Below, piece after piece: positions 29,349 to 49,414 of a DNA stretch of 64,000 bases. The DNA is from the human T2T-CHM13v2.0 reference genome, Homo sapiens. How positions within the stretch are numbered: position 1 is the stretch's first letter; each line of letters begins with the position of its first letter. The position numbers and the translations under genes were made by a program. The stretch is from the NCBI RefSeq assembly GCF_009914755.1, contig NC_060926.1. The stretch is one strand, 5' to 3'. The notes under the pieces were generated by a model. That model made no database searches. It had not been told where the DNA came from and saw nothing but the letters and a program-made list of their open reading frames with translations.

Positions 29349-30500
29349 AGAAGGAGTCTCCCTCTGTCACCCAGACTGGAGTGTAGTGGCATAATCTCAG
29401 CTCACTGCAACCTCCGCCTCCTGGGTTCAAGTGATTCCCCTGCCTTAGCCGCCTGAGTAGCTGGGACTACAGGTGTGCACTTCTATGCCCTGTGGCTAAT
29501 TTTTGTATTTTTAGTAGAGATGGGGTTTTACCATGTTGGCCAGGCTGGTCTCGAACTCCTGACCTCAAGTGATCCGTAAAATTATTATATCTTACTGGTG
29601 ATTGTTGTGCATGACCATGGAGCTTCAGTGTTTAAAATATGCCATCAAATTAATGTTTCAGAATCAGGAGGGACATGAGCAAAAGACACATGTATAGATG
29701 TTGCTTCTTATTGCTTCTCAGCCAGATTTAAGCAAAATTTTGAGCTAGTTTGGATGATTCTGATAGCTACCATCTGAGTTTCTCTTTTCTTTGTTTTTAT
29801 TTTTTATTTTGAGACGGAGTCTCGCTGTGTTGCTGAGGCTGGAGTGCAGTGGCGTGATCTCAGCTCACTGCAACCTCTGCCTCCCGGGTTCAAGCAATTC
29901 TCTGCCTCAGCCTCCAGAGTATCTGGGATTACAAGCACCCACCACCACGCCCAGCTAATTTTTGTACTTTTAGTAGAGACGGGGTTTCACCATCTTGGCC
30001 AGGCTGGTCTTGAACTCCTCACCTCGTGATCCACCCGCCTTGGCCTCCCAAAGTGCTGGAATTACAGGCGTGAGCCACCACACCTGGCCTGAGTTTTTCA
30101 TTTTTGCCATTGTGTTTACCTCCAACAAAACTCAGTAGAAAAGACATTTTGTATATCCTTTTAATTTAGGAGATAATGGCTTAAATCTTTCAGATTAAGC
30201 TTCCGTCAACAGGTAAGAGATATTTGTGGTCAAGAAGTAGTGTGTTCTTTCTAGTGCATCTAAATTTATCCCTTCTGCCTCTACTATATTCACATCCTTG
30301 GCTCTATCAGACGGAAGCTGTTAGACCACCAGAGATGGTTGTACTTTCCTTGGGTCTGACTTCTGGAAAAGCAAAACAGCAATACTGTTTTATTTTTGCT
30401 TCAAGAGTTTAATCCTTATTTCATTGGTAATTAAAGGAACTCTGAAAATAATCCTGTCACTGAAACAGTATTTTGTTTGTCTAGATCTGCAGTCAGAAAA

Positions 30501-30698
30501 TAGGGTCTAGGCCAAATTCAGTCTGCCACCTATTTTTATAAAGTTTTATTGGAACATAGCCATGTTTCTTCGTTTATATATTATCTATGGCTGCTTCTGT
30601 GCTTCATAGCAAAGTTGAATAGGTGTAACAAAGACTGTATGGCCCAGAAACCCTAAAATTTACTATTTAGCCCTTTACAGAAAAAGTTTGCCAACCCG
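30501..30698. mobile_element. MER58A-like hAT MITE
   Basis: aaagttttattggaacatagcca...ccctttacagaaaaagtttgccaaccc. Confidence 0.75.
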
Positions 30699-31858
30699 TC
30701 ATTTAGATGACACTGGAATAACACAGATTTTTGTAGATTTACTGTTAAAGCACACATAATTATAATGTATAAGCTTTTGCTGATGTTTTTAAAAAATGTT
30801 AAAATGTTCTTGTAATGTTTCTAATTCATAAAGTCATTAATAAGCAAGCTGCCATCGGTCACATTTCTTAAGTGAGATAGAAATAAAATTGCAGAAATCC
30901 GATGAGACTTGCTGTATTTTAATAGGATGTGATCCAAATTTAGTGAATTCTTTTTTTGTTTTTTGTTTTTTTTTTGATATGGAGTCTTGCTTTGTCACCC
31001 AGACTGGAGTGTAGTGGTGCGATCTCAGCTCACTGAAAGCTCCACCTCCCAGGTTCATGCCATTCTCCTGCCTCAGCCTGGCAAGCAGCTGGGACTACAG
31101 GCGCCCGCACCTCGCCTGGCTAATTTTTTGTATTTTTAGTAGAGACGGGGTTTCACCATGTTAGCCAGGATGGTCTCAATCTCCTGTCCTCGTGATGCAC
31201 CCACCTTGGCCTCCCAGAGTGCTGGGATTACAGGCGTTAGCCACCGTGCCCAGCCCGTGAATTTTTTTAAATGCAAAGTCAAGCATGATTGTTTCATATA
31301 TTATGTGCCAATATTAGTTTCATTGTTTAAACTTATCTTAGCCTTAGGATTTATTTTTTTTTTTAGAGACGGAGTCTCACTGTCACCCAGGCTGGAGTAT
31401 AGTGGGGTGATCATACTGCAACCTCAAACTCCTGGGATCAAGCGATGCCTCCTGCCTCGGCTCCCCAAGTAGCTGGGGCCTGCAGGCCCTTGCTACCATA
31501 CCTGGCTGATTTTTTTTTTTTTTTTTTTATCTTATAGGGATGGAATCTCACTATGTTGCCCCAGGTGATCTCGAACTCCTGGCTTCACGTGATCCTCCCG
31601 CCTCAGCTTCCCAAAGTGCTGGGATTAACAAGCATGAGCCACCGCACCTGGCCTAGCCTAGCCTTAGGTTTGAGACATAAGATTTGAAGGTAGAAAAAGA
31701 TTCAGGACTAGATAAACCAGCAGTTTTTGTTCATGCCCTAAGCCATGACTGTTTTATAGTCTTAACTAAGGGTATTTTAGATTCAGGAATGCATTACATA
31801 GATTAGTTCTTCTATTAAAAAAAAGAACACACAGAAATCTACTAACTTGTCATTTACT

Positions 31859-32888
<1,030 letters not shown>

Positions 32889-33331
32889 TAAGTTAATTGT
32901 TTTATAATACTTTATTTCTTAAATAATGTTATTTGGTATATGCATCATTTCAGAGTAATTGTGAGATTTTTGTTTAACAGGCATTGATGGGAGTATGACA
33001 CATTATATATTTGAGTTTGAGTGTCTAGGCATTAAAAATAAGTACATAACTACTTTGGTAGCCCACAAACCCCAGCAAAACACCATCACAATATTTGGAG
33101 CATCTTTAAGAATATATTTAGTAAGTCATTTTCATAGCTGCTTAATCCTTCTCAGAACAACAGGGGATAACTTACCAGTTCTGGATGTCACTTTTAAGAA
33201 TCTGGCCAGACCACTGAAATCTGTATTTGTGAGATAGAGACATAGAGACCAAGTTTTAATTATGAAATAGCATCTGTAAAGTTGTAAAAAATAATAATAA
33301 TTAATGGAAATTCTTAAATTTTACTTTATAG

Positions 33332-33441
33332 CAACAATTACGTATCAATGTGGTTCCTTGGGATAATTTTTCGGAGAGTAGAAAATGCAGAAAGTGTCAA
33401 CATAGACTTGACATATGATATACAGTCATTTACTGATACAG
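33332..33441 (+). CDS. PAPOLG: PAPOLG exon 15 (NNYVSMWFLGIIFRRVENAESVNIDLTYDIQSFTDT)
   Basis: tag|C ... G|gtaaga. Confidence 0.97.
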
Positions 33442-33711
33442 GTAAGACTCCATCATCATAGAGCTGTGATTCTCAAACCTGGCTATTACTCAGTGTCATC
33501 TGCCTACAATCTGGCTGGCTGTACTTATTAAAGTTCCACAATTGGTTAAGTGAACATGGCATATCCGTATTGCTGTTAAAACAGGAAAGGAGCCGGGTGC
33601 GGTGGCTAATGCCTGTAATCCCAGCACTTTGGGAGGCAGAGGCGGGCAGATTACCTGAGGTCAGGAATTCGAGACCAGCCTGGCTAATACGGTGAAACCC
33701 CGTCTCTACTA

Positions 33712-33858
<147 letters not shown>

Positions 33859-34122
33859 TCAAAAAAAGAAAAAAAGAAAAAAAAAAGCATTATGAAGCAA
33901 TTTCCAAGATATATTAAGTGGGGGGTAAAATTCAGAACACTGTGTACACTGTGCTATTTATATAAAAATAAAAGAAAATAAATACACATTTGCTTACAAA
34001 TGCATAGAATATCTCTGGAAGGATACTTAGTTTAAAAAAAATGGCAAGACTGGTTGCTTCTAGGTCAGGGTACAGGATAAGGAGACATCACTGAATACTC
34101 TTCAACGCTTTAAGTTTTGTAG

Positions 34123-34455
<333 letters not shown>

Positions 34456-34531
34456 TAAAACAAAGAAAGGAAAGCTCTTTGTATGTACAACCGGGGTTTG
34501 TGATCACAGTCTTAAAGATGACTTGATTTTT

Positions 34532-35202
<671 letters not shown>

Positions 35203-35567
35203 GACTTGATTTTTATGGGTTTTTTGTTTGTTTTAAATAGAGACAGGATTTCGCCATGTTGCCCAGGCTGATCTCGAACTCCTGGGCTCAAGCAATTTGC
35301 CCACCTTGGCCTCTTTAAAGTGCTGGGATTACAGGTGTCAACCACCGCACCTGGCCAGACTTTTATGTTTTTGATATGAAATAAATATCAGTAAGTACAG
35401 AATTGCTGAATATATTTCAGGATCAGTGAAAAGTATGTCTTTCACATCTAGCCCTCTAGTCACAACTCTGGAATATCTTAATGTATCTGTTATAAATTTG
35501 GGGTTATTTATCTTAAGAATCTGGAATAGTTATACATTCATACTATTAAAGGTATTGGCTTGGCTCA

Positions 35568-35913
<346 letters not shown>

Positions 35914-36257
35914 TCAAAAAAAGAAAAGAAAATGCAGATTCTTATGTTTCACCTTAGAACCATTAAATCACACTCTGGGGAGGGAGCCAGAGAATCTGCA
36001 ACTTAAACAAGCACTCCTGGTAACTCTTTCATAATCAATCTGGAATAAAAACATTCGCCATAAATTTTTCCATTCTAATTAGGGCTTAAATTTTTTAGAA
36101 AGGATAAGACTGGGACATAGTTTATTATAAATTTATAAGATATTATTTTTCAGATTAAGAAACTTGAGGCCCCAAGAGATTAAATAATTTACTACATCTC
36201 ACAGTACTTGCTGTGTAAAACAAGCCTCCCATCCCTGTCTTCAGTGGGCTTATAATC

Positions 36258-36387
36258 TCATTGAGTATATTTACAATTAAAACATTAAGAAATTTGTGTG
36301 GTAGTTAATAAAACCTGTTTTTTCATTGGGTATATTTACAATTAAAACATTAAGACATTTGTGTGTGAGTTAATAAAACCCATTTTC
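36258..36387. repeat. Tandem duplication, 2 x 65 bp
   Basis: tcattgRgtatatttacaattaaaacattaaga...agttaataaaacc at 36258 and 36323. Confidence 0.95.
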
Positions 36388-37089
36388 TTATAAGGCGTGA
36401 AAAGCACTAGAATGGGAATCTAGGGCTGTGTGGATTCTGATCCTGGCAAGGTATTCAGAGCTGTTTAGCCTCCTTTTCTCAACTGTACAATAAGGATGTA
36501 TTTGTAAGATGGTTCCTGAAGTCTGTCATTCTATGATTGGTGTGGTAGCTGCAGTAGTAAATTCTCATGGAGGAGGAGGATAGCTTGAATTGCACCTTGG
36601 ATATTTGGCCTAAGAATTAGCTTAGAAGGCCAGGTGCAGTGGTTCACACCTGTAATCCCAGCACTTTGGGAGGCCAAGGTGGGTGGATCACTTGAGGTCA
36701 GGAGTTCAAGACCAGCCTGGCCAACATAATGAAACCCTGTCTCTACAAAAAATCCAAAAAGTAGCTGGGCATGGTGCCATGCGCTTCTAGTCCCAGCTAC
36801 TGGGGAGGCTGAGGCAGGAGAATAGCTTGAACCCCGGAGGCAGAGGTTGCAATGAGTTAAGATTGTGCCACTGCACTCAAGCCTGGATGACAGAGCGAGA
36901 GTCTGTGTCAAAAAAAAAAAAAGAATTAGCTTAGACCTGGGCAAGTAGTTATGAGGAGAGATTGCCTTTGGGGAAAATATCAGAAAATAAGATCTGGAAA
37001 ATACCGTTTTTTAAATATATTTATTCTATCAACAAGGTTTGATTATGAGAAAGTCTTAGAAAGTGGACATGGAAAAACTATTGGATTCA

Positions 37090-37559
<470 letters not shown>

Positions 37560-37582
37560 TTAACATATTAACATTGTTACAG

Positions 37583-37704
37583 TGTACAGACAGGCAAACA
37601 ATATAAATATGCTAAAGGAGGGAATGAAAATTGAAGCAACTCATGTAAAGAAAAAACAACTTCACCACTACCTTCCTGCAGAAATTCTTCAAAAGAAGAA
37701 AAAG
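37583..37704 (+). CDS. PAPOLG: PAPOLG exon 16 (VYRQANNINMLKEGMKIEATHVKKKQLHHYLPAEILQKKKK), bipartite NLS-like
   Basis: cag|TG ... AAG|gtgagt; two basic clusters. Confidence 0.97.
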
Positions 37705-37950
37705 GTGAGTTTATAATCTTAACCCTTCAGTATGGTTTTACTCAGACAAATGATCTGGGACCAAATTTGCATTCTACAGCTCCCAAACCTATTGAGAAAA
37801 ATAAGGAAGATATAGGCAGTTCAATCTAGGACTAAAATCTCATTTTCATTAATCACAAGAGATAATTTGCTTAAGTGACCTTCAGAATTGAAACCAGTCT
37901 TTATATTGTCATTTGCATTTTGAAATCCTAAAATCGTTCCCTTCTTTCAG

Positions 37951-38111
37951 CAAAGTCTCTCTGATGTCAATCGAAGCTCGGGCGGACTTCAATCCAAAAG
38001 ATTGTCTCTGGATAGCAGTTGTCTGGATAGCTCCAGAGACACTGATAATGGAACACCTTTTAATTCTCCAGCGTCCAAGTCTGATAGCCCTTCTGTAGGA
38101 GAAACAGAAAG
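37951..38111 (+). CDS. PAPOLG: PAPOLG exon 17 (QSLSDVNRSSGG...VGETER), Ser-rich tail
   Basis: cag|CAA ... AG|gtctgt; open frame, phase consistent. Confidence 0.93.
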
Positions 38112-38397
38112 GTCTGTCTTTATTTCAAATGTGTCCTTTTGGTTTTCTGTTCAGTTTATTTGAGGATAATGTGAACTTTTCTATACCTCTGCTACTGCCT
38201 TTTAAAATTGTTAAAAGATTTCATTTTACTGGCTGCTGGTCAATTTCTTGCTTAGAAATAACTCGTGGTAATCCTGTGGGAAACGGTATAGGCTTATGAG
38301 CATATGGGACTAGATAGGTACACAGAAATGTACACATTTGTTGCTTAAATTTTTCTCTTCTTACTGGGTCCTCTGCATTTTTCCCTCTTTTAGTTCA

Positions 38398-39764
<1,367 letters not shown>

Positions 39765-39792
39765 TTATTAAAATCCTTTTTTTCCTTTTCAG

Positions 39793-40013
39793 AAGTTGAC
39801 TCTACAGTAAAAACTGTATCACCCCCCACTGTGTGTACCATTCCTACCGTAGTAGGACGAAATGTCATTCCTAGAATCACAACACCTCACAACCCTGCCC
39901 AGGGACAACCGCATCTGAATGGAATGTCAAATATAACTAAGACTGTTACACCTAAGAGATCCCATTCCCCATCCATAGATGGGACTCCTAAGAGGTTGAA
40001 AGACGTAGAAAAG
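39793..40013 (+). CDS. PAPOLG: PAPOLG exon 19 (KVDSTVKTVSPPTVCTIPTVVGRNVIPR...KRLKDVEK)
   Basis: cag|AA ... AAG|gtaaag; overlaps ORF 39831..40031; several S/T-P sites. Confidence 0.94.
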
Positions 40014-40531
40014 GTAAAGTTACAACTTTAGTGGTGATTCAGTAGTTGATATTTTTTATAGTTAATACTAAAGAAACAATTTTCCATAGCTGTTGGTGTT
40101 CTGTTAGGAGTTGGCTGAAAAGAATATTTACCCAAATCTTAAAGAAACAATATTAATTGCTCATCCTAAATTGAAATTACTAATACGTCTGAAAATTTGA
40201 ATGATTGGTCTGAGTTTCTCCTTGATTTACAGAAGTCATTACTGATAACAAAATCTCATTTCTTGTGTGTTGATATGCCCTGCTTCCAGTAGGTGGTGGT
40301 AAAACTATATTTGTTAGAATCTGAATTGATTTAACCAAAAAGATCACCCAAACTGTAGAAATTAACGGTGGCAGTTGAATTCAATCTAATTTAAATTATC
40401 TTCTCTTACCAATCCATGTTTATAGTAATTTTTATAATAGTGTAACCAATAACTAGTTTTCCAGTTTATATAGATTTATATGGGTTTTTGTAGGTACATA
40501 ATAGCAATCTATTTCAATGTTTATATTTTAG

Positions 40532-40597
40532 TTTATTCGACTTGAATCAACATTTAAGGACCCCCGCACTGCTGAAGAAAGAAAAAGAAAATCAGTG
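40532..40597 (+). CDS. PAPOLG: PAPOLG exon 20 (FIRLESTFKDPRTAEERKRKSV)
   Basis: tag|TTT ... GTG|gtaaat; phase 0-0; basic RKRK cluster. Confidence 0.9.
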
Positions 40598-40785
40598 GTA
40601 AATATATTAATAGTGTGCTTCAGAATATTTATTGTAAAGCGCCATGTATCAGGAAAAGTGCCATATTAGAAAGTAGGTCAGATTAGATTTATTTTCAGGT
40701 TTTCGTTAGGTTTTATTTTAAGTAGAAATAAGTGTTTGCATATAGGAAAGTTAGTTTTCACTTGTGTTGATTCTTCTGTTTTTAG

Positions 40786-40842
40786 GATGCCATTGGAGGA
40801 GAATCTATGCCTATTCCAACTATTGATACATCACGCAAAAAG
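40786..40842 (+). CDS. PAPOLG: PAPOLG exon 21 (DAIGGESMPIPTIDTSRKK)
   Basis: tag|GAT ... AAG|gtaaca; phase 0-0. Confidence 0.9.
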
Positions 40843-41956
40843 GTAACAAGATAGTCTTGTTCATAGGTACAGTACATAGGTAAAAACTCATAGGTAATCT
40901 ACAAGTACAAAAGGCTTATTAAGAGCCTAGCACTGGGAAAAAGTAAGATTTTGTCCCTGTCCCCAAGGACTAGCAGTGTAGTTGGGGTTGGAGATAGCAA
41001 GTATATAGTTCTGAATGTATGTACCTCAAAAGTCTAAAAAAGAGGCAGTAGTTTAAGACAACTTTATTATCTATTTAGATTATGTTCACCCTTTGTTTTT
41101 TATCTTTAAAGAAGCAGTTGGATGCTCAGCACATTAATTTCTTACCAAGCACCTGGAGGTATATCTCTGTTGTGTACTATTGCTTACTGCCAAAACATAG
41201 GTTTGATAATTAGGAACCATATGTATTAATATTTTAGAGGAACCAAATGTAGTGGTATATATAGTAAGTACCTTTAAAACATGAGCTAAACGCCCCTAAA
41301 TTGTAATTTAAATGTTTATTATTTGAAGAATTACTTTTATAACTAAAAATGTGTGTAGTATTAAGTGTGGTATGCTAAAAAGCAAGTACTCAAAAACCAG
41401 CCTTGTGTAAATAGAGAAAAACCTTCTCTGAGAGTTTATAATGAACAGAATGGCTTATTTATAATAATGATAAATAATTATAAATATATATGATGATAAT
41501 TATAAATTATAATTTATAATAAAACAGAATGGCCATTAAATAGTAAAGTGCTTTTCATCAACTGTTACCCTGCCAGGTTCTCCAGGATGTAGTAGCTATT
41601 CTAAAGCAAAATAGTATACTCACAGGCTATTAGTTGTAGATTTTGAGCCTTTAACATAAGATTAAGTTACAAAAAATATGAACGTATAATTATGTGTCAT
41701 GGTGGAAGAAAAAATTTTGAGATGGATATTGAAGTACAAAAGAGTGAAATGACATATCTGGATTTTTTAATATATCCAGTCTAAAGGGAAAGTGGGTACA
41801 CCAAACAATTGCAGCAAAATTGTAATAATGTCTGAAACTTGGTTTTGGCATTTAAGTCCTTATTGCCCTGGTGTCTACTTCTTTGTATATCTGAAATTGC
41901 TCATAATTGTTTTAATGCATATGGATATGATACAGATACTGGCTTAGCCAAGGTAA

Positions 41957-42259
<303 letters not shown>

Positions 42260-42881
42260 TAGATTTTGCCTTCTTTATGTAATAATCTTTAATGCCCTCA
42301 GAATCCCTCAAACCGATGTCCCTGAATTTCATAACCATCAAAGTTATCTAGCCTAAGTACAAAGTTCAGTTTTCCTGAGAACTTAAGTATCTCACAGATT
42401 GAGTCAGTGGTCTTCTTCATGAATGTATTACAGAAACAAATTGAGGGACATAACTCTCAGATATTAAATTTTTCTCTACTGCACACACTCATTTTTCACT
42501 TCACACCCCAAGAGCTTCCTGTTTAGTCACCATGAACTTCCTTTTTTTTTTCTTTGCTTGACCTTAAGGACTGTGTTCTTTATGCATTTCTTGATCCAGG
42601 CATGGCAGTTCCTCTTTTCCTGTACATATTCACACTCCTGCCACTTCTACCCTTTCTCTTATCCCTCTGCTTTTCACCTCTGACTGTAAAAAGAAGTAGC
42701 AGTTCCGAAAGCAAGAGTTCCCTATGAACACGGAAGGAAATATTCATTGCATACTTGAGTGTTTAGGAGCTAGAGGGTTTGGGAGAAAAACTCCCCAAGT
42801 TTTGTGACTGACTTTCTAGCTGGGCCTTTATAATATATATGATGTGCTTTTCCTTTTTTGTTTCCTCTTTCTTTCTAATAG

Positions 42882-42980
42882 AGACTACCCAGTAAAGAAC
42901 TACCAGATTCATCATCTCCAGTTCCAGCAAACAACATCCGTGTCATCAAAAATTCCATTCGACTGACCCTTAATCGGTAA
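42882..42980 (+). CDS. PAPOLG: PAPOLG exon 22, coding part (RLPSKELPDSSSPVPANNIRVIKNSIRLTLNR*)
   Basis: Strong pyrimidine tract; ends TAA 42978-42980. The C-terminus resembles the conserved vertebrate PAP tail contacted by U1A/U2AF65. Total CDS is 2211 nt. Confidence 0.96.
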   Translation, partial: RLPSKELPDSSSPVPANNIRVIKNSIRLTLNR

Positions 42981-44154
42981 AAGCAGTGCCTCCTCACTTA
43001 AGTGAACAAGCAATCATTTAGTGGCATAGATGCAGCCACTTGTTTTTTAAATAGAAGTGGCTGTCATACGTGAAATAAGGTGAAAGTGACAGCCTTCAGT
43101 CTAATAACCTTGAAGTGGTTTTTGAACTGTCAAACTTTGACCTGTAGATGCTGTAGCATTCTCTCACTGATTGCTACATACACTTCTCTGAGGATCACCT
43201 GCTGTCAAATTGCCATCTACAGTATTACAGCTTTGCATTTGGGGGTTTTACTGCCTTAACTTTCAATGCTTGTTATGGGAACCAGTTCTTAGCCACTTGG
43301 ACACTGATAACAAGTCCTGAACTCCTTTTTTGTTTTGTTTTTTGTGTTTTTCTTTTTTTGTCTTATGTTGTAATCATTGTATAGAGCTAAAAAAATTGAA
43401 AACAAACAAAAAAATTGTCTTGTATTTTCCAAATGTTAATACATTTACTTTAGCATTGAAGCCACTTTGAAACCTGAGATAAATGAATGTGAGGTATCTT
43501 TTCTGCTTTCCTCATTTGTGTAGATGTACTGTCTGTTCTGTTGATTTAAATTATTTTTTTCCAGATTGGCACATGAAATATTTAAACTTTTTTGTGTGCC
43601 TTTCTGTCCAAATGTTGCATAGTTACCAGGGAAGATTAGTCCAGTGATTACATAAGAGTTGGGCACCATAAATTCTCTATATTTTGCCTCCCATGGAGGC
43701 CTTTGAAATGCATCTTTATTAAAAATCAAAATATAACCAGGATACTGAAAGTCAGTATATGAATGGTAAAATTGTTACATATCCTATTTCATGCCATTCT
43801 TGTTAGTTGACTGGTATTTTTTACTGAGGAGCAACTCATTCCAGCATCAACAATAAGATAACCTTTAAGTATGGCACACTTGTATTTTTGAGGTGTAAAA
43901 TTAACTTGGCATGATAATTCCTGATCATTATTTACCCCACAACTTCAAATAGTTTCTTCACGGACTAGGCATGCAGAAATAAGCAGTGGATTTTATTGAA
44001 ACCTAAAGGCATTTTGAATGACATTGTTACCAACCATTAATTGGCTCAGGACCTTTGTAATTTTTATTTAACTATATGAGTTGTCTTTTTTTACGCTGCT
44101 TTTTTCAATGCATTTCTTAATATTTTTTAAGTTTCATGAATGCATGCTCAGTTT

Positions 44155-44230
44155 ATTAAAATCCATAACCATGTAATTCTTGTAATATGTTGATTCAGTG
44201 TTTTGTAAATGAAGTCGTATGTATTTTCAG
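44155..44230 (+). terminator. Candidate proximal poly(A) signal (ATTAAA plus downstream GU/U-rich element)
   Basis: ATTAAA 44155-44160 followed by tcagtgttttgt...gtatgtatttt. Confidence 0.55.
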
Positions 44231-45423
44231 AGTATTTTTGTATGTACTGTAAGATACCATCTTTTCAAAGAGAAACGTTTAAAACCTTTATTGTCTCTCC
44301 TTAGTCTAATTTTTTAAATATGGATTATGCTTGAATTACTATATTTAAAATGAAAATGTATAGATTACACAGCCAGGAATGCTAGTATCTACCACCTTCT
44401 TTAGATTTCACTCAGCATTTAGTAGGTCCAGTAGGAAAAACCCAAAATGGTACATTGAGTAGTGTGGGGAAGACACCTCGTGTATTATAGGACTCACGGG
44501 ATGCCATCTAGCAAGTGGAGAAATAGCAGTCCATTTTCTCTTGCAAGCCCTTTACCATTGAGTTGAAATTCTTGAATTGCCAGAGAGCCGTATCCTCCAG
44601 GTCCCACTCCTGTTCATTGCCCCTTAGGTCTCCAAAATGTAAATTCTAATGTTTACCTTGTACCATGGAAAACATGAAAAGAGTCTTAGAAGTAAAGAAC
44701 AACAAGGAAAAAAATGTTTGTTCTATTATTCCCTTTTTATATAGCAGCAAAAGATAAGAATAAAATCACATAACCAAGTTGAAGCTTCCTTGGCAAAGCT
44801 GTTGTCTTAGCTGACTCTTTCCCTTTATTCAGATGTTTTGGGATTGTTCTACAAATAGTCTATTTGAGCAAAAATGAATGATTATGAAAGAACCGAAGAA
44901 TTATCACCTGACTTCAACTTTTGAAAGCTTTAGTAAGGAATTTGATTAAATTTTATATACTGGATGTGTATGCATTTCTGCATTTCATATCTTTTGCTTT
45001 TAAATCAGCCTTCAAAGTATCTTTAGGAATTCCTTCTGTATCCATGTTTACCCCATTATGTAAATAGATCTTTGGAGTGACTAGTGGAGTTTTTCTTTAA
45101 TAAGGAAGCAACAAGTCTAACCTTGTACTATAGGATAGGCATTTATTTTAGATTAAGGAGCCCATTCAACATGTCAATGAGTCAACATTAGAGTCCTCAA
45201 AGATAGCATTCTTCAACCTGTTTGGTAACTGAGGAGTTGATAAAATACTTTTGAGATGGTGGGGTTTGTCAGAAATAAAATATTTTCTATCCTGACCAGT
45301 AGGTAGAACTTTGAGTACATTTCGTTAACTTGGTGGGAAGCTTCCATTGTACTAGTTCCAAGTAAAAAAGGAGAAAGTATGATCTGGGATTTTGTGTTAT
45401 GATGAGAGGCACTAAGTACATGT

Positions 45424-47575
<2,152 letters not shown>

Positions 47576-47894
47576 TATTTTTTCTGAAATAATTTTTCGG
47601 ATATACTTTTATATTTGAAATTAGTTGAACATAAGATGATCATCAAGCTTGCTATAAGTTTTAAGCTATTGCTACATTTGAACAAAGACCCACGTACTTA
47701 GAAAGTACTTAGGATATCTTTGAGATTAATGGTGCTACATCACTCTACAGTACTATGTAAAATGAATGGAGCTGCTGTTCCTTTCTAGCTAGCTGTTTGT
47801 GTAGTTCATATTAATTTACCCTGCCTTTTATTTGGATTGTCTGATTTCTTAGTTGTACACATGAACCTCATTATTTGCCTGGAATAAGTAATCA

Positions 47895-47945
47895 AATAAA
47901 ATTGCTTTGATAAATAGGTGATGATTGAGTGATGTTATTTGGGAC
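47895..47945 (+). terminator. Candidate most distal poly(A) signal
   Basis: AATAAA 47895-47900 followed by GU-rich gtgatgattgagtgatgttattt. Confidence 0.5.
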
Positions 47946-48787
47946 TAACTCAAAAGTACCAGAAGTCTTAACTTTTCAGTGACAACCAATTTTGTCATTT
48001 ACCACTCAGACTCTTTTTGGTAGATAATGGTATCTACTACCCACTTAGTATGAATGCAAAGCTCAGACCTAATGTGCATCACACAGAATCATTTATTAAA
48101 CGTTTATCAGCAAGCGGTGGCACAACAGTTTATACAGTCTGCTCTATAACCTTAATGGAGTGTCCCAGCTTTCTGTCCCTTTTGGTGGTCTGACCACCCT
48201 TTCATGAAAAGGCCACTTGAGGTGTCTATGTCAAGCACTAGGGGCAAAATTCTGTCACCCTTCTGATCAGGATCAGGCAATCAGTCCTCCGTACTAATAA
48301 TGGCTGGACACAGGATCAAGCTGTGGGTACTATGCATACAAGTACAGGTTACAGGGCTCGTTACATTCTTAAACCTCTTGTAAGAATGGACAGTGACTGG
48401 TTTTTAGCCAATCCATGTGCTAGTGCTGAATTCACAAATAAGAGCTTGTGTCTGCGTCGTTAGTATTACTAGCAAGCTGTTCATGTCACCAATGGAAACA
48501 CATTTGACATTTATTAAGCTAATTGGCAAAGTCTGCATTGATTGAGCTATGGATAACAAGGGCTTCTAGTAGTCACTTTTGAAGTGTGGGCTTCTCGATT
48601 GGATTGCTAGGTGGCCATCTCTGGAGTGTAAATTTCTGGTTGGGGCAACTCACTGCTCCTAGGACATAACATACTAACACAATTACCATGCTGTGATAAA
48701 ATGTTTTCTAAAGTCAATTAACATCATAACAGGTTCTTCGTGGATCCAAATGTGTTACAGTACTAAGGACAAAAATAAAACGTATTG

Positions 48788-49414
<627 letters not shown>

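Noticed and set aside
30153-30161. Perfect U12 AT-AC donor motif ATATCCTTT
   Set aside because: No matching TCCTTAAC branch point or AC acceptor found. An AT-rich 9-mer is unsurprising in 64 kb and is better explained as part of the pyrimidine tract of the candidate poison exon.
42500-42790. Long pyrimidine-rich stretch and AGs in intron 21, suggesting an extra exon
   Set aside because: No convincing donor follows, so I cannot define an exon from sequence.
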